Below, one piece after another: positions 1 through 8,805 of a stretch of 64,000 nucleotides of DNA. The notes under the pieces are model-generated. The model was not told the origin of the DNA, searched no databases, and worked only from the letters and a program-made list of their open reading frames with translations. Every line of letters begins with the position of its first letter. Positions within the stretch are counted from its first letter, which is position 1. A program made the translations under genes and the position numbers. This DNA comes from Candidatus Poribacteria bacterium (GTDB lineage Bacteria > Poribacteria > WGA-4E > JAJDTR01): the NCBI GenBank assembly GCA_965222225.1, contig CBDCTK010000002.1, forward strand, positions 4,224,001 to 4,288,000. The letters are read 5' to 3'.

Positions 1-393
1 TGACTGAGTCATGGTCAAGAGTTCGCGGAGGTCTTTAACGGTTGTGATTTCCACCTTCGCGTTATTTAATGCTTGCATAATGCAGTCGGTAAAACGGTCG
101 GTCGCTTTGTCGATTTTACTATGCAAGTTCGCGAGGTATTCCTGTTTGCATTCTTGGTAGATTTCACCCCACTTGGCACGGTTGAATTTTTTGTTGTTGG
201 GATTCATCGTGCGAATGCGTTCGCGTATTTGATCGCGGCTCAGGTGGAATTCCTTATCGGTCACGTGCTCCTGCACTTTCTCCAACAAATCTAGAACCTG
301 GTTGGTTGTGCAGCATTCGGCAAACCTGCGTATGATATACTCGCAGACAAATGCCTCTTTCGAAAAATCGAGCGGCTTTTGTAATTTATTCAC
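1..393 (-). CDS. Hypothetical protein, DUF2280-like (runs off the window start)
   Basis: GTG at 393 with GAGGAGG RBS; frame open to position 1 (MNKLQKPLDFSKEAFVCEYIIRRFAECCTTNQVLDLL...LSRDQIRERIRTMNPNNKKFNRAKWGEIYQECKQEYL). DUF2280 resemblance is by eye only; absent from the ORF track because it is truncated. Confidence 0.6.
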   Translation of the reverse strand, partial: MNKLQKPLDFSKEAFVCEYIIRRFAECCTTNQVLDLLEKVQEHVTDKEFHLSRDQIRERIRTMNPNNKKFNRAKWGEIYQECKQEYLANLHSKIDKATDRFTDCIMQALNNAKVEITTVKDLRELLTMTQS

Positions 394-996
394 GTTTTCC
401 TCCTCAAAAAGCAATTAGTGGCGAGCCACGGGATTGGATTATGGATGATACCCCAAATTCGGCGGTTTATCCAATAAAAGCCCCTTCAACAACGCAGAAA
501 ACCGCCTTGTAATCTTGTAACACAGTTTTGCAATATTTTCCGTGCAGGCATGGTGTTGTGAGATGTTGCCATTGCGGGACGAGGAGATCCCCGTTGGGTG
601 GAATCTGTATGTAATCTCTATGTTGTGCCCGATGAATCTTATAACTCAAAACTACGTGTGCTGCCGGGAATAAGCTGGACGAATGATACGACATGTATGT
701 TAAGTTTGTCAGGGTAAATCTTCTGATTAAGAAGACGGCGGCTGAATGGGGTTCAATCGGCGAGGTTCATCACCGGGCGAGATGTGGCTGCGAGTTTTGG
801 GAATTAGGGATTGGCGGGAATTCTGTCTCAAAGTCTGTATCACGGATATTCGCGGATAAAAGGATTACGCGGATAAAATTCTTCAGCGATTAGTAACCTA
901 AGAGCTTGTTTGAATAATAGATAGTCAAGTCATGTCTGGTCATTTGAGGAAGGGCTTTTCATGTTCTTGTCGTCACACGCACACTATTCACCTGTC

Positions 997-1092
997 GGAT
1001 CTCTATGGGAGCTCTATCGCGGTCACTACGGGATCTTCTATCGCCTTCGTTAACCACTCTCAGTTGATCGCTCGTTATTCACTCGCTTGATC
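997..1092 (+). repeat. Nested composite of 35-bp micro-elements
   Basis: Three GGA(T/G)C..CTAT heads and two TTGATC tails; same architecture as 57467-57573. Confidence 0.8.
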
Positions 1093-1118
1093 CCGCGCTG
1101 GGGCTTTTAGAGGCTGGT

Positions 1119-1155
1119 GGGATCTCTATCGCATTCGCTAATCGCTCATTTGATC
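1119..1155 (+). repeat. Single 35-bp micro-element inserted in a GTAG-REP hairpin
   Basis: GGGATCTCTATCGCATTCGCTAATCGCTCATTTGATC interrupts GGCTGGTG..GCAGTGCGCACCCTACAAATGTAC; uninterrupted counterpart at about 47180-47212. Confidence 0.85.
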
Positions 1156-1373
1156 GCAGTGCGCACCCTACAAATGTACTTTTCAAACAGGTTCTAAGGC
1201 TTTCTATCAGTGATAAATATTTTTTTCATGTACTTTTACTTCAGTGATTACGTGATGACGTGGATTAGGGTGTGCGGGGGCGGGGGCGGACTTAGGGTGA
1301 AGATTATGAACTAAAGGCGAAAGAACGCGTTCGTAATGGTACTGGGAGAAAACCCTGATAGGCTTAGGTGGAT

Positions 1374-1856
1374 TTACTGAATATTCTCAAGCTCGGTTAA
1401 GTCTTCAACTTCTGCCATTAAAGACAGTGCTTTTGCGTAACCACGCAGTTTTTCTTGTAATTCTTCAAGTTCACACCTGAACTGTCTCACTAGTGCCTCA
1501 TCATTAAATGCATCTTCTAGTGATAGTTTGTGCCACTTCGCCGTAAATGGTCGTATGACTTGATTTAATACAGGTATGGCGATTTTTGCAAACTGAATAG
1601 ATCCAGAACCCTTGTCTTTCAAAATATCACGTGTTATTTGAAATAAGGAATAAACGCTAGTAAGTGCTGTTTTATCATCTCCAACATCAATCGGGAGTGG
1701 TTGAGTTGTGATTCTAGTCAGTAATTCAATGTACAATTCCCAAGCTGCTTCCTTGTCATGTTCTTTGGGCTTGAATTCAGCCTTTAACACATGAATATTA
1801 AGTTTCAATTGTGAAAGTTCTAGCCCAGAAATGGAAAGCCATTTTGAAAGTTTCAA
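1374..1856 (-). CDS. Conserved hypothetical protein (AAWELYIELLTRITTQPL...IRPFTAKWH)
   Basis: 160-aa ORF, TTG start with AGGAGG RBS; protein-like helical sequence in the AT-rich island. Confidence 0.75.
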   Translation of the reverse strand: MKLSKWLSISGLELSQLKLNIHVLKAEFKPKEHDKEAAWELYIELLTRITTQPLPIDVGDDKTALTSVYSLFQITRDILKDKGSGSIQFAKIAIPVLNQVIRPFTAKWHKLSLEDAFNDEALVRQFRCELEELQEKLRGYAKALSLMAEVEDLTELENIQ

Positions 1857-2017
1857 ACCTACCTCCTAATGGGTGACTCCGCAATGTATACATTTTGAAT
1901 TGTACTTCTTAACTTACCCCCATCCTTTAGACAGTAAATGACGAGATTTAAGTAATGAAAACCGACTAAACCTGGTCAAATTGCTGGGCGTAAGTTCAAA
2001 AGAGGGCAAGCATTCTT

Positions 2018-2236
2018 TTAGATGTTGTACCCTAGTTTTGAGAATAGAAGTTGAAGAAGATCTGTATCGTTTTCAAACAACTCGATCGCCGTTTGTGATT
2101 CTAATTCGGTAAAGTGTTTCGTTCTTGACAGATGCTCTTTTATTCGGTTGATTTCGGTCCTACGTTCATTTAGAATCATTTCGACTTCTTCTTGAGTTAG
2201 TTCGCGCCGACTTATGGCTATTTCACGATAATTCAT
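2018..2236 (-). CDS. Small hypothetical protein
   Basis: 72-aa ORF, ATG preceded by AAGGAGGT. Confidence 0.55.
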   Translation of the reverse strand: MNYREIAISRRELTQEEVEMILNERRTEINRIKEHLSRTKHFTELESQTAIELFENDTDLLQLLFSKLGYNI

Positions 2237-2415
2237 AAGTCAAACCTCCTTGAGGATATACTCTGAAGAAAACGAAGATAGAATCCATTAAAGGAATCTT
2301 GGAAGGCTTGGCAAAACGAATTCGACAACTGACCGAAAAAGTAAAAACCAGCATTCATAACAACGTATAGTCCTGACTACTTGGGGATAGCTAGCATTTG
2401 ACTTCTAGTTCCTGC

Positions 2416-2453
2416 AAAAGAAAAGGGAACGCCTGGTGAGAAGGCACTCCCTT
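2416..2453 (-). terminator. Rho-independent terminator downstream of the TIR gene
   Basis: Minus strand AAGGGAGTGCCT-TCTCACC-AGGCGTTCCCTT hairpin followed by TTCTTTT. Confidence 0.55.
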
Positions 2454-2510
2454 AGCACCGGTGGCCGCAATTAACGTTCGCCGAAAAGCCTCGGTCTCTA
2501 TACTATACTG

Positions 2511-3152
2511 TTACGTCATTGCAAACGCCGGTGTCCATCCTAACTGCCTTGGAGAATTGTGTTTTCTCATTTCGCGTCTAAGATCATATTTGCATGTGCT
2601 TCGACCTTGAAACGCAGCATCAATCAGAAAGCGAAGGTTCTTCGGATTGTTTGCAATTGTTTCCCATTTAGTAACTGAGATTTTTGCCTTCGGGTTTAGT
2701 AAGTTGCCGATGATTCGTTCGGGGACGTAAGGCTAACGACGCTCGTATTCTGACCGATGGTCAATGCTGTACCAACTAGGAAACTCAGGATAAAGAGCAT
2801 GTTCGCCATCATGGGGAGCTGTAACAAAATGGGAATTAGTCAATGGCAGGCTTACCACGAGAAGCCCGGATTTTTTGTTAACTTTCCCGTTAATCATACT
2901 CGAATAAATTTCCCAATCTACGTGTTTCCTTCCTTTAGTTTCTAACCCTATAAGCACAATAGTAATTGTCGAATCACGCAGGTACTTGTCACGGATTTTT
3001 TCTCTGATTACTTCGTCTTTAAGATTCTCAGAGATGTCACCCGTGTCCACAGATTGGTCAATAAAAATTCTGTATCGTCTCCCTAGTCGAACAAGTTCTT
3101 CCTGGTAATCTTGGTCATTAGCATGATGGTAACTGATAAAGGTCTTATGCAT
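2511..3152 (-). pseudogene. TIR-like (DUF1863/MTH538, ThsB-like) protein with an internal TAG
   Basis: MHKTFISYHH...IREKIRDKYLRDSTITIVLIGLETKGRKHVDWEI; after TAG at 2733-2735 the frame continues 73 sense codons (PYVPERIIGNLLNPKAKISVTKW...YDLRREMRKHNS) to TAA at 2511-2513. Confidence 0.8.
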
Positions 3153-3167
3153 TGATACCTCCAAGAA

Positions 3168-3548
3168 TTATGTGCGGGAAAAGTACATTACGATAAATGT
3201 CACACCTAGAAGAATCAACGTCAGAGGAACAATAAACCCAAAACTAAACCACAACCTCGACTTAGGCGGAATGTTATTGTCGCCAATCTTAGAAGCGACC
3301 TCACGAAGAACCTTGTTGTTCATATCGACCCCGTGCTTAATCTTGAATATGGTCGCCCCAAAGATGACAAATAAAGTGCCCACTACTGCGAACACCCATT
3401 GCACTGATTCACATTCTGCTTTTACATAGGCTAAAGACAACGGGCCAAGTATCATGACTATCTGCAACATTTGCCAACGTAATCGGTCGAGATAGCGGAA
3501 TGTTTCGTAGCGCTGTTTGTAAATTTCTAGTTCCTCGCATGTAGCCAT
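3168..3548 (-). CDS. Small 3-TM membrane protein, candidate TIR-associated effector
   Basis: ATG at 3548 with AAGGAG RBS; three hydrophobic segments; lies between two TIR genes. Confidence 0.65.
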   Translation of the reverse strand: MATCEELEIYKQRYETFRYLDRLRWQMLQIVMILGPLSLAYVKAECESVQWVFAVVGTLFVIFGATIFKIKHGVDMNNKVLREVASKIGDNNIPPKSRLWFSFGFIVPLTLILLGVTFIVMYFSRT

Positions 3549-3556
3549 GTTTTTAC

Positions 3557-3742
3557 TCACTCCTTGTTGATTAGTGGTTTCACTGCCAAAGGGCTTGTCC
3601 TTTTCGCAGTTTCCCAAACCGAAGCGTCAAAAAAGCCCGCATCATCTCGATCTGCTTTAGTGAGCCAATGGTTCCTGACCACGTTCGCCCTAAAGTCTAT
3701 TACATTCTGATAATGAAAACTGAAGAACACTCTGCGCGCCAT
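3557..3742 (-). pseudogene. Truncated TIR-like (DUF1863/ThsB-like) N-terminus
   Basis: MARRVFFSFHYQNVIDFRANVVRNHWLTK..AGFFDASVWETAK is the typical DUF1863 start; stops after 61 aa, before the catalytic Glu region. Confidence 0.75.
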
Positions 3743-3928
3743 GGTAATCGTCCTCTTCACGTCCTTGAAGTTTTCTGTTGGGAATTCTGAGAATCATGCG
3801 CTGGTCGGATTGCCGGAAACATGTCAAGCTAGAATGAAAACAGTATAAGAAAGGCTAACTCGGTGGTTCAGGTCAATAGGTTTTGCCAGGGGGAATCACG
3901 GAGAACCAGATTGCCCAAAAAAAACGTA

Positions 3929-4240
3929 TCACCGGACAGATCTTCTTTTTGTGCCAGACATATTCTTAACAGTTCCACTGACTTCTTTTGTTTTCATTGC
4001 TTCAATCGCTTCGGGCATGTCCTTTTGGGGGACCTGCAATACCTTCTGCGGCTTCTTACTATCTTTCAACCTTTGAGCGGCTTTTACTAATTTCTGTTTC
4101 TCACCACTGCGTTCGATTTCCGTGGCTCTATTTTTGGTTTGGGCATCAAGCCGACGGCCACCTTTAAGAGGGGCTTCAGTCTTGCCACTTTTGCCTGCTG
4201 CCTTCGATTTTGCCCTTCTGTGGGCGTTTGATTCTGCCAT
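3929..4240 (-). CDS. Small basic hypothetical protein
   Basis: 103 aa, ATG with AGGAGG RBS, very K/R-rich, E..LDA..EIERS pattern. Confidence 0.7.
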   Translation of the reverse strand: MAESNAHRRAKSKAAGKSGKTEAPLKGGRRLDAQTKNRATEIERSGEKQKLVKAAQRLKDSKKPQKVLQVPQKDMPEAIEAMKTKEVSGTVKNMSGTKRRSVR

Positions 4241-4639
4241 TTGATTCGCCTCCTGTTAAAAGATGTTCATCATTGCCTACAACTCACGGCTATTGTGCGA
4301 TTGCCCTAACTTCTGAGATCGGAGCAGCCATACTTGCCAAACGACCGAATATTTCGGTGATTCAAAAAGTCTTGTTAATTCTTCGGTGTGGAGTCGATTT
4401 GCCGCGGGAAACGACAAGGTAAGATCAAAGTCTTGCATCTCTTCCACTGCTTTTTAAAGTTTGTTTAAGTTACAATCGTATGTTACCCGATGTGACTTGG
4501 GAATGCAAGTCGAAATCGGAGTTCATCGCCATAATTTGTACAAAATGTTAAAATACCCACGACATGTAGAAGATTGGATCGTTGGGGTGTAAAAACTAGA
4601 CCTGAGGGGATTGCTCTTATCCGTACCTCACGCCTGACC

Positions 4640-4695
4640 CTTCAAACACCTCGCCTTACTCAACCGCGCCTCGACAAGATTCACAACCGCCTCAT
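4640..4695 (-). repeat. 56-bp copy of the methyltransferase 3' end (8815-8870)
   Basis: 55/56 identity by direct comparison. Confidence 0.9.
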
Positions 4696-4928
4696 GCATA
4701 GTGCGATAACCGAAGAAGGGAGGCAGTGGGAGGCAAACCCTTTTCCCGATAATCAGGGCGAGGGTAGATTGCTATCCACTCAGTTGATTGTTGGCTTGAT
4801 CTGTCCTGCCGGCAGTTGGGTAGCGTAGGCGGTTTGCGGCACACGGGGGTTACGGCACACGGGGAGTGCCTACTACAATGATGCCACTTAGCGCCGTGTA
4901 TTCATTGATAATGTGTTGACCGGATTGG

Positions 4929-5360
4929 TTAGGGAGCTGGAAGTGTTTTCGCATCAACTATGAAGAACACAAAAACCGTGAAGGCAATTTCCAACAAATA
5001 GAAGATTACGAGCGTGACTGAAAAGATTGCCGATAGCCAGTTACATTTCGGTTTGTTTCTGTGTTTGAGCGGATCCATCTGAAAGTCAGTGTCAGATTGG
5101 ATTCTGATGTCGTCGTAGACTTTTCGAAACAGTCTTTCCTGCCAGAGGAAATATCCGTCAAGAATCCCGAAGCCTAGAACGGGAAGAACAAGCGCCAAGA
5201 CAAAATACGGGTTTTGTACATCGTGCTTAGCGATGAGTGCCATCGCCGCGATAATAAGAGCTAGGCTCCAAGTTTTGACCCACAAGCTGTTGCGTCCTAG
5301 ACGGTCAATCACGGCTTGGATTATTTTCAAGTGTTCTACGACTTTTTCTGTGCCATTCAT
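4929..5360 (-). CDS. 3-TM membrane protein of the family usually encoded beside DUF1863 TIR genes
   Basis: HLKIIQAVIDRLGRNSLWVKTW and LDGYFLWQERLFRKVYD motifs; three hydrophobic helices. Confidence 0.75.
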   Translation of the reverse strand: MNGTEKVVEHLKIIQAVIDRLGRNSLWVKTWSLALIIAAMALIAKHDVQNPYFVLALVLPVLGFGILDGYFLWQERLFRKVYDDIRIQSDTDFQMDPLKHRNKPKCNWLSAIFSVTLVIFYLLEIAFTVFVFFIVDAKTLPAP

Positions 5361-5540
5361 GGGCTAATCCTTCAACACGAACACTTGAAATCTCGTGGCG
5401 TCTTTAGGGTTAATTCTCTTTCGAGCGTTCACTACTTCAAGAAGAATCGTGCCTAGTTAGCCACAGGCGGATACTTAACGCAAGGCAAAATACACGCCAG
5501 TCGCTGGGAATTGTTACTTCCCTTGCGGCAATGTGGATTT

Positions 5541-6095
5541 TCAAACAGATATAAGGGAAAGATCTTCAAGAAACGAACATACCTTTTCGATCTGTGAATT
5601 ATTGAGATTCCATCCATACTCTTGAGCGATTTGTCGAATCTGCTCTGTTGTGGTACTTCTTTGCTGTTTGACAATGTAACAAACTTTTGCAGCGATTGAG
5701 AGCATGTTAAAATCGTGCGCCAATTTTCCCTTGTTCAGCGTGTGAAGTTCTCTCTGCCAATCCGTATATCCAGCCTCCTTTCTTATCTCCATCATTACGA
5801 TGTCTCCATCAGGAGTTAAAGAATACGTATGGCGGCGGATCTCGCCAAAGATATTCTGATCTGATTCAAAAGTCTCTTTTTCCTCGTTCAGGAAACGTGC
5901 GTTGACGAGAATATCCAAATTTTCTGCAACTAAACTGCTATAAGGCCCATAGTAGTGTGGGCGGAACCCATAGTCGACTCCCTTTAATTCCGAAAGAAAA
6001 TAAAGTTTCTTTTGGAGGATAGTTCGCCCCTGAAGGCGTTTACCTTCCTCATTTCCAATGATAAGCAAAATCAAGTCTTGAATGTGCATACACAC
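5541..6095 (-). CDS. YwgA / SocA(Panacea)-like winged-helix protein
   Basis: GRTILQKKLYFL and FRPHYYGPYS motifs; directly downstream of the HD gene. Confidence 0.75.
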   Translation of the reverse strand: MCMHIQDLILLIIGNEEGKRLQGRTILQKKLYFLSELKGVDYGFRPHYYGPYSSLVAENLDILVNARFLNEEKETFESDQNIFGEIRRHTYSLTPDGDIVMMEIRKEAGYTDWQRELHTLNKGKLAHDFNMLSIAAKVCYIVKQQRSTTTEQIRQIAQEYGWNLNNSQIEKVCSFLEDLSLISV

Positions 6096-6134
6096 TCCTT
6101 TTTTTCAGGGACAATGTCCCTTGACTCTCCCTTG

Positions 6135-7460
6135 TTAGAGATTAAGCAGAATATCTTGAAGCTGCAATTCATCTTGTTGTCTCTTCCAACCCTCCGGCGG
6201 GACATAAACTTGAATGGTTACCAAGTCAGTTGCATCAGAGGGCAGGCGGGCTAAAATGATCTCATAGTCACTAAGTTTTCTTAAGTCACCTTGCTTTTCA
6301 TCGAAAATTATAATCGCTTCTGGATCGAGGCTATAGCTTTGACTTCCGTAGTTGGGGTTCCGGATGTGGAGCTTGTTAACAATTACATCATCGGGGTCGA
6401 TTTCAAGATCTTCTGCAATTCGTCTTTCCCATTTCCGTATTTGCTCACCATCTGCTTGGTGGAGTCGTCTGTTGTCTATCGGATTCTGTATATTGTTTAA
6501 TGATAATTCACCAATCATCTTGAACAATCTTCTTTCATAAAGTCGTTCAAATATGTTGCGGGCATTTGCTTGGGCGCACCCTTTTAGGATATCAATCAGC
6601 CGTTCGTCATGATACCTCATGTAATTTTCTATAAATTCGGATGTTCCATCATATTTGTAAAGTCGTTCCAGTTCCGTATTCTTCTCTCTGATCGCAAGTT
6701 CGATTCCGCGCACAATCATCGCATCAGAGATTGATCTTACCCGATGGTGATATACTTGTTGTGTCATGTGGTGTTTTGCAAGTAGAAGTTGTTCAAGGGC
6801 GAGAATACCTTCATCGCTAATTGCCAAAACTGATTCATGCCCTTTGTAGTGTACCTGGAATGACTCAATGATTTTCTCCAGATCGTAAATCCCATATTTT
6901 ACGCCAGCGAAATAGGAATCCCGAAGTAGATAATCCATTTTGTCTGCATCCAGATCGCTGGAGACAATGTCACGCCGAAAGTCCTTCGTTGCCTTCCCTT
7001 TAATCATGTTAACGACGAAATCGCGTTCTTCATCACTAAGGATCGCGCAAATCTCAGTGTCATTGTTAACAATGTCAATTGTAACTTTCTCGTGGATTTT
7101 TTCCCGGTCTGAACCTTCACTCGCTTCGTTTGGTGCATGCTGATCCAAGAGGTATTCGGAAACGTGGCTAAACGGTCCATGACCAATGTCGTGTAGCAGC
7201 GCTGCAAGCCGAATCTGTTCGCGCTCCTTATCGGTTATCTTGAGCCGATTGCAGATATGTCCGGCGATGTGCATTACACCGATTGAGTGTTCGAAACGGG
7301 TGTGCAAGGTTCCGGGATACACAAGAAACGCCATCGCCAATTGGCGAATCCGACGAAGCCTTTGGAAAGCTCTGGTATTGACTAAATTAACTTCCTTTTC
7401 TGAGAGTGCAATGAAACCGTGAATCGGGTCTCGAATCTTATGCGCAGGTTTTTTCATCAA
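6135..7460 (-). CDS. HD-domain dNTP triphosphohydrolase (YwfO/SAMHD1-like)
   Basis: RDPIHGFI, FQRLRRIRQL, HTRFEHSIGVMH, LLHDIGHGPFSH, DADKMDYLLRDSY, VYHH motifs. Confidence 0.92.
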   Translation of the reverse strand: MMKKPAHKIRDPIHGFIALSEKEVNLVNTRAFQRLRRIRQLAMAFLVYPGTLHTRFEHSIGVMHIAGHICNRLKITDKEREQIRLAALLHDIGHGPFSHVSEYLLDQHAPNEASEGSDREKIHEKVTIDIVNNDTEICAILSDEERDFVVNMIKGKATKDFRRDIVSSDLDADKMDYLLRDSYFAGVKYGIYDLEKIIESFQVHYKGHESVLAISDEGILALEQLLLAKHHMTQQVYHHRVRSISDAMIVRGIELAIREKNTELERLYKYDGTSEFIENYMRYHDERLIDILKGCAQANARNIFERLYERRLFKMIGELSLNNIQNPIDNRRLHQADGEQIRKWERRIAEDLEIDPDDVIVNKLHIRNPNYGSQSYSLDPEAIIIFDEKQGDLRKLSDYEIILARLPSDATDLVTIQVYVPPEGWKRQQDELQLQDILLNL

Positions 7461-7708
7461 AGAAGGACCAGATTAAATTATACTATACTTATGTTTAGTA
7501 TTTCAAGAAAATTTTGGAATAATTTAGTAACAGTGTATCATTACTCCTCCAGAAAGATAGGGGAACGACAGAACTAAACTCGTTGGCGATTTTTTGAACC
7601 GTGGATTAAAGCATTTTACGGATAAAGTCTATACAAGAAGGCGACCTGAATGTATCCTGTATAAAGAGCGTGTTCCGATATTCAGAGAAGTATTTGGTAT
7701 TCTTCCGG

Positions 7709-8563
7709 TTAGGTGGTGTCGAGGATATCTATCACCTTAAATACAGTGAGCACGAACCTACGAAATTGGTTTAGGTAACATTCTTGTTCGTCTCTTTGCC
7801 AGTCTTGTGGCAAAGCCTTGGGGTGACCAGCCTCATTTCGGTTGAGACGATATATCCGGGCGATTCCTTCTAGCTTATCCCTGAGTTCACTTCGAAATGT
7901 TGAATCTGTAATTGGCTTGAAAATTTGGTTGACGTTGTCCGACAAGTAGCCTGTTAGTGCTGATATGCTTTGATGTTTGCCAATAGGCTCCTGATAATGG
8001 GCATCATGCCTAATAACTGCTTCTGCCAGACAATTGATAGCTCGTTCGGACGCTCCGCCTAAACAGATCACGGAGGAGATGTAGGAACCTTCTTGACAAG
8101 TTCGCAAACTCTCCAAATAGTATTGCCCAACGACGTAGTCAAGGTTGGGTATGTTCTCTTTGAGGGACTTGACTATGTCGTGAGCATCATCAAAAAGAAT
8201 AAGTATGCCATTATGATCGTCAGATTTTTCGCCAAGGGAGGTGAAGCAACAGCAAGGGCGGTTGGAATAACTAGGATCCAAAGCATCCATCAACAATCCC
8301 CGTCGCTTAAGTTGCGCAATCGCTTCATAGAATTTCAGAAAAAAACTCGGATCCTTGGTTTCTCCTTGAACTTCATTTTCAGCACATAATTGCTTTTGGA
8401 GATGGGGTAAAGAAAAGCGAATAGGTCCTTCTAATTGATTTCCTCGATTTTCGGCTTGTTTTTTCATGTCTTGCTCTATTCCTTTCACTAGACGGAAAAC
8501 AAGCCTTGCAAGTTCAGCAACGGTAATCTGTTCTCTCTGTTCTTGATTCAAAGATGATCGCAT
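7709..8563 (-). CDS. HEPN-domain (DUF4145-like) protein
   Basis: C-terminal RNEAGH (Rx4H) motif preceded by the ESLRTC..SSVICLGGASE helix; GGGAG RBS. Confidence 0.7.
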   Translation of the reverse strand: MRSSLNQEQREQITVAELARLVFRLVKGIEQDMKKQAENRGNQLEGPIRFSLPHLQKQLCAENEVQGETKDPSFFLKFYEAIAQLKRRGLLMDALDPSYSNRPCCCFTSLGEKSDDHNGILILFDDAHDIVKSLKENIPNLDYVVGQYYLESLRTCQEGSYISSVICLGGASERAINCLAEAVIRHDAHYQEPIGKHQSISALTGYLSDNVNQIFKPITDSTFRSELRDKLEGIARIYRLNRNEAGHPKALPQDWQRDEQECYLNQFRRFVLTVFKVIDILDTT

Positions 8564-8805
8564 TATATTCTCCCATTATAGATGCAGTATTGTTTCAGAT
8601 CAAGCCAATATTTTTCTAGGCGGAATAAAGTTAACATCAATTGGCACGGGTGGTAAATCTAGTGCTCTATTATTATGATAGGGATTCGGAGAACATACAG
8701 CTATCTACATTCGGTTCCTGACCTCGGATTGAAACACTATCGTACATTGGCACAACCTTTCCATAGCACGCGGTTCTAATCCATGTAATCTGTTAAATTC
8801 GTGAT

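Larger units (their letters stand above)
902..1194. mobile_element. MITE with IS5-family-like ends
   Basis: Terminal IRs GAGCTTGTTTGAA / TTCAAACAGGTTC (11/13), flanked by TAA on both sides (899-901, 1195-1197); no ORF; similar left ends at about 19206 and 47226. Confidence 0.6.

Noticed and set aside
833-876. CGGAT-containing short repeats (also ~7600) and heptamer-like runs (~51500, ~63630)
   Set aside because: Short, degenerate intergenic repeats with no further structure visible.
997-1160. Micro-element clusters as a CRISPR array
   Set aside because: No identical repeats separated by unique spacers; units are nested, and no cas genes are present.
2733-2735. TAG readthrough or recoding in the TIR gene
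   Set aside because: Many ordinary genes here end in TAG (e.g. folB, GH36); a Tyr-to-stop point mutation is simpler.
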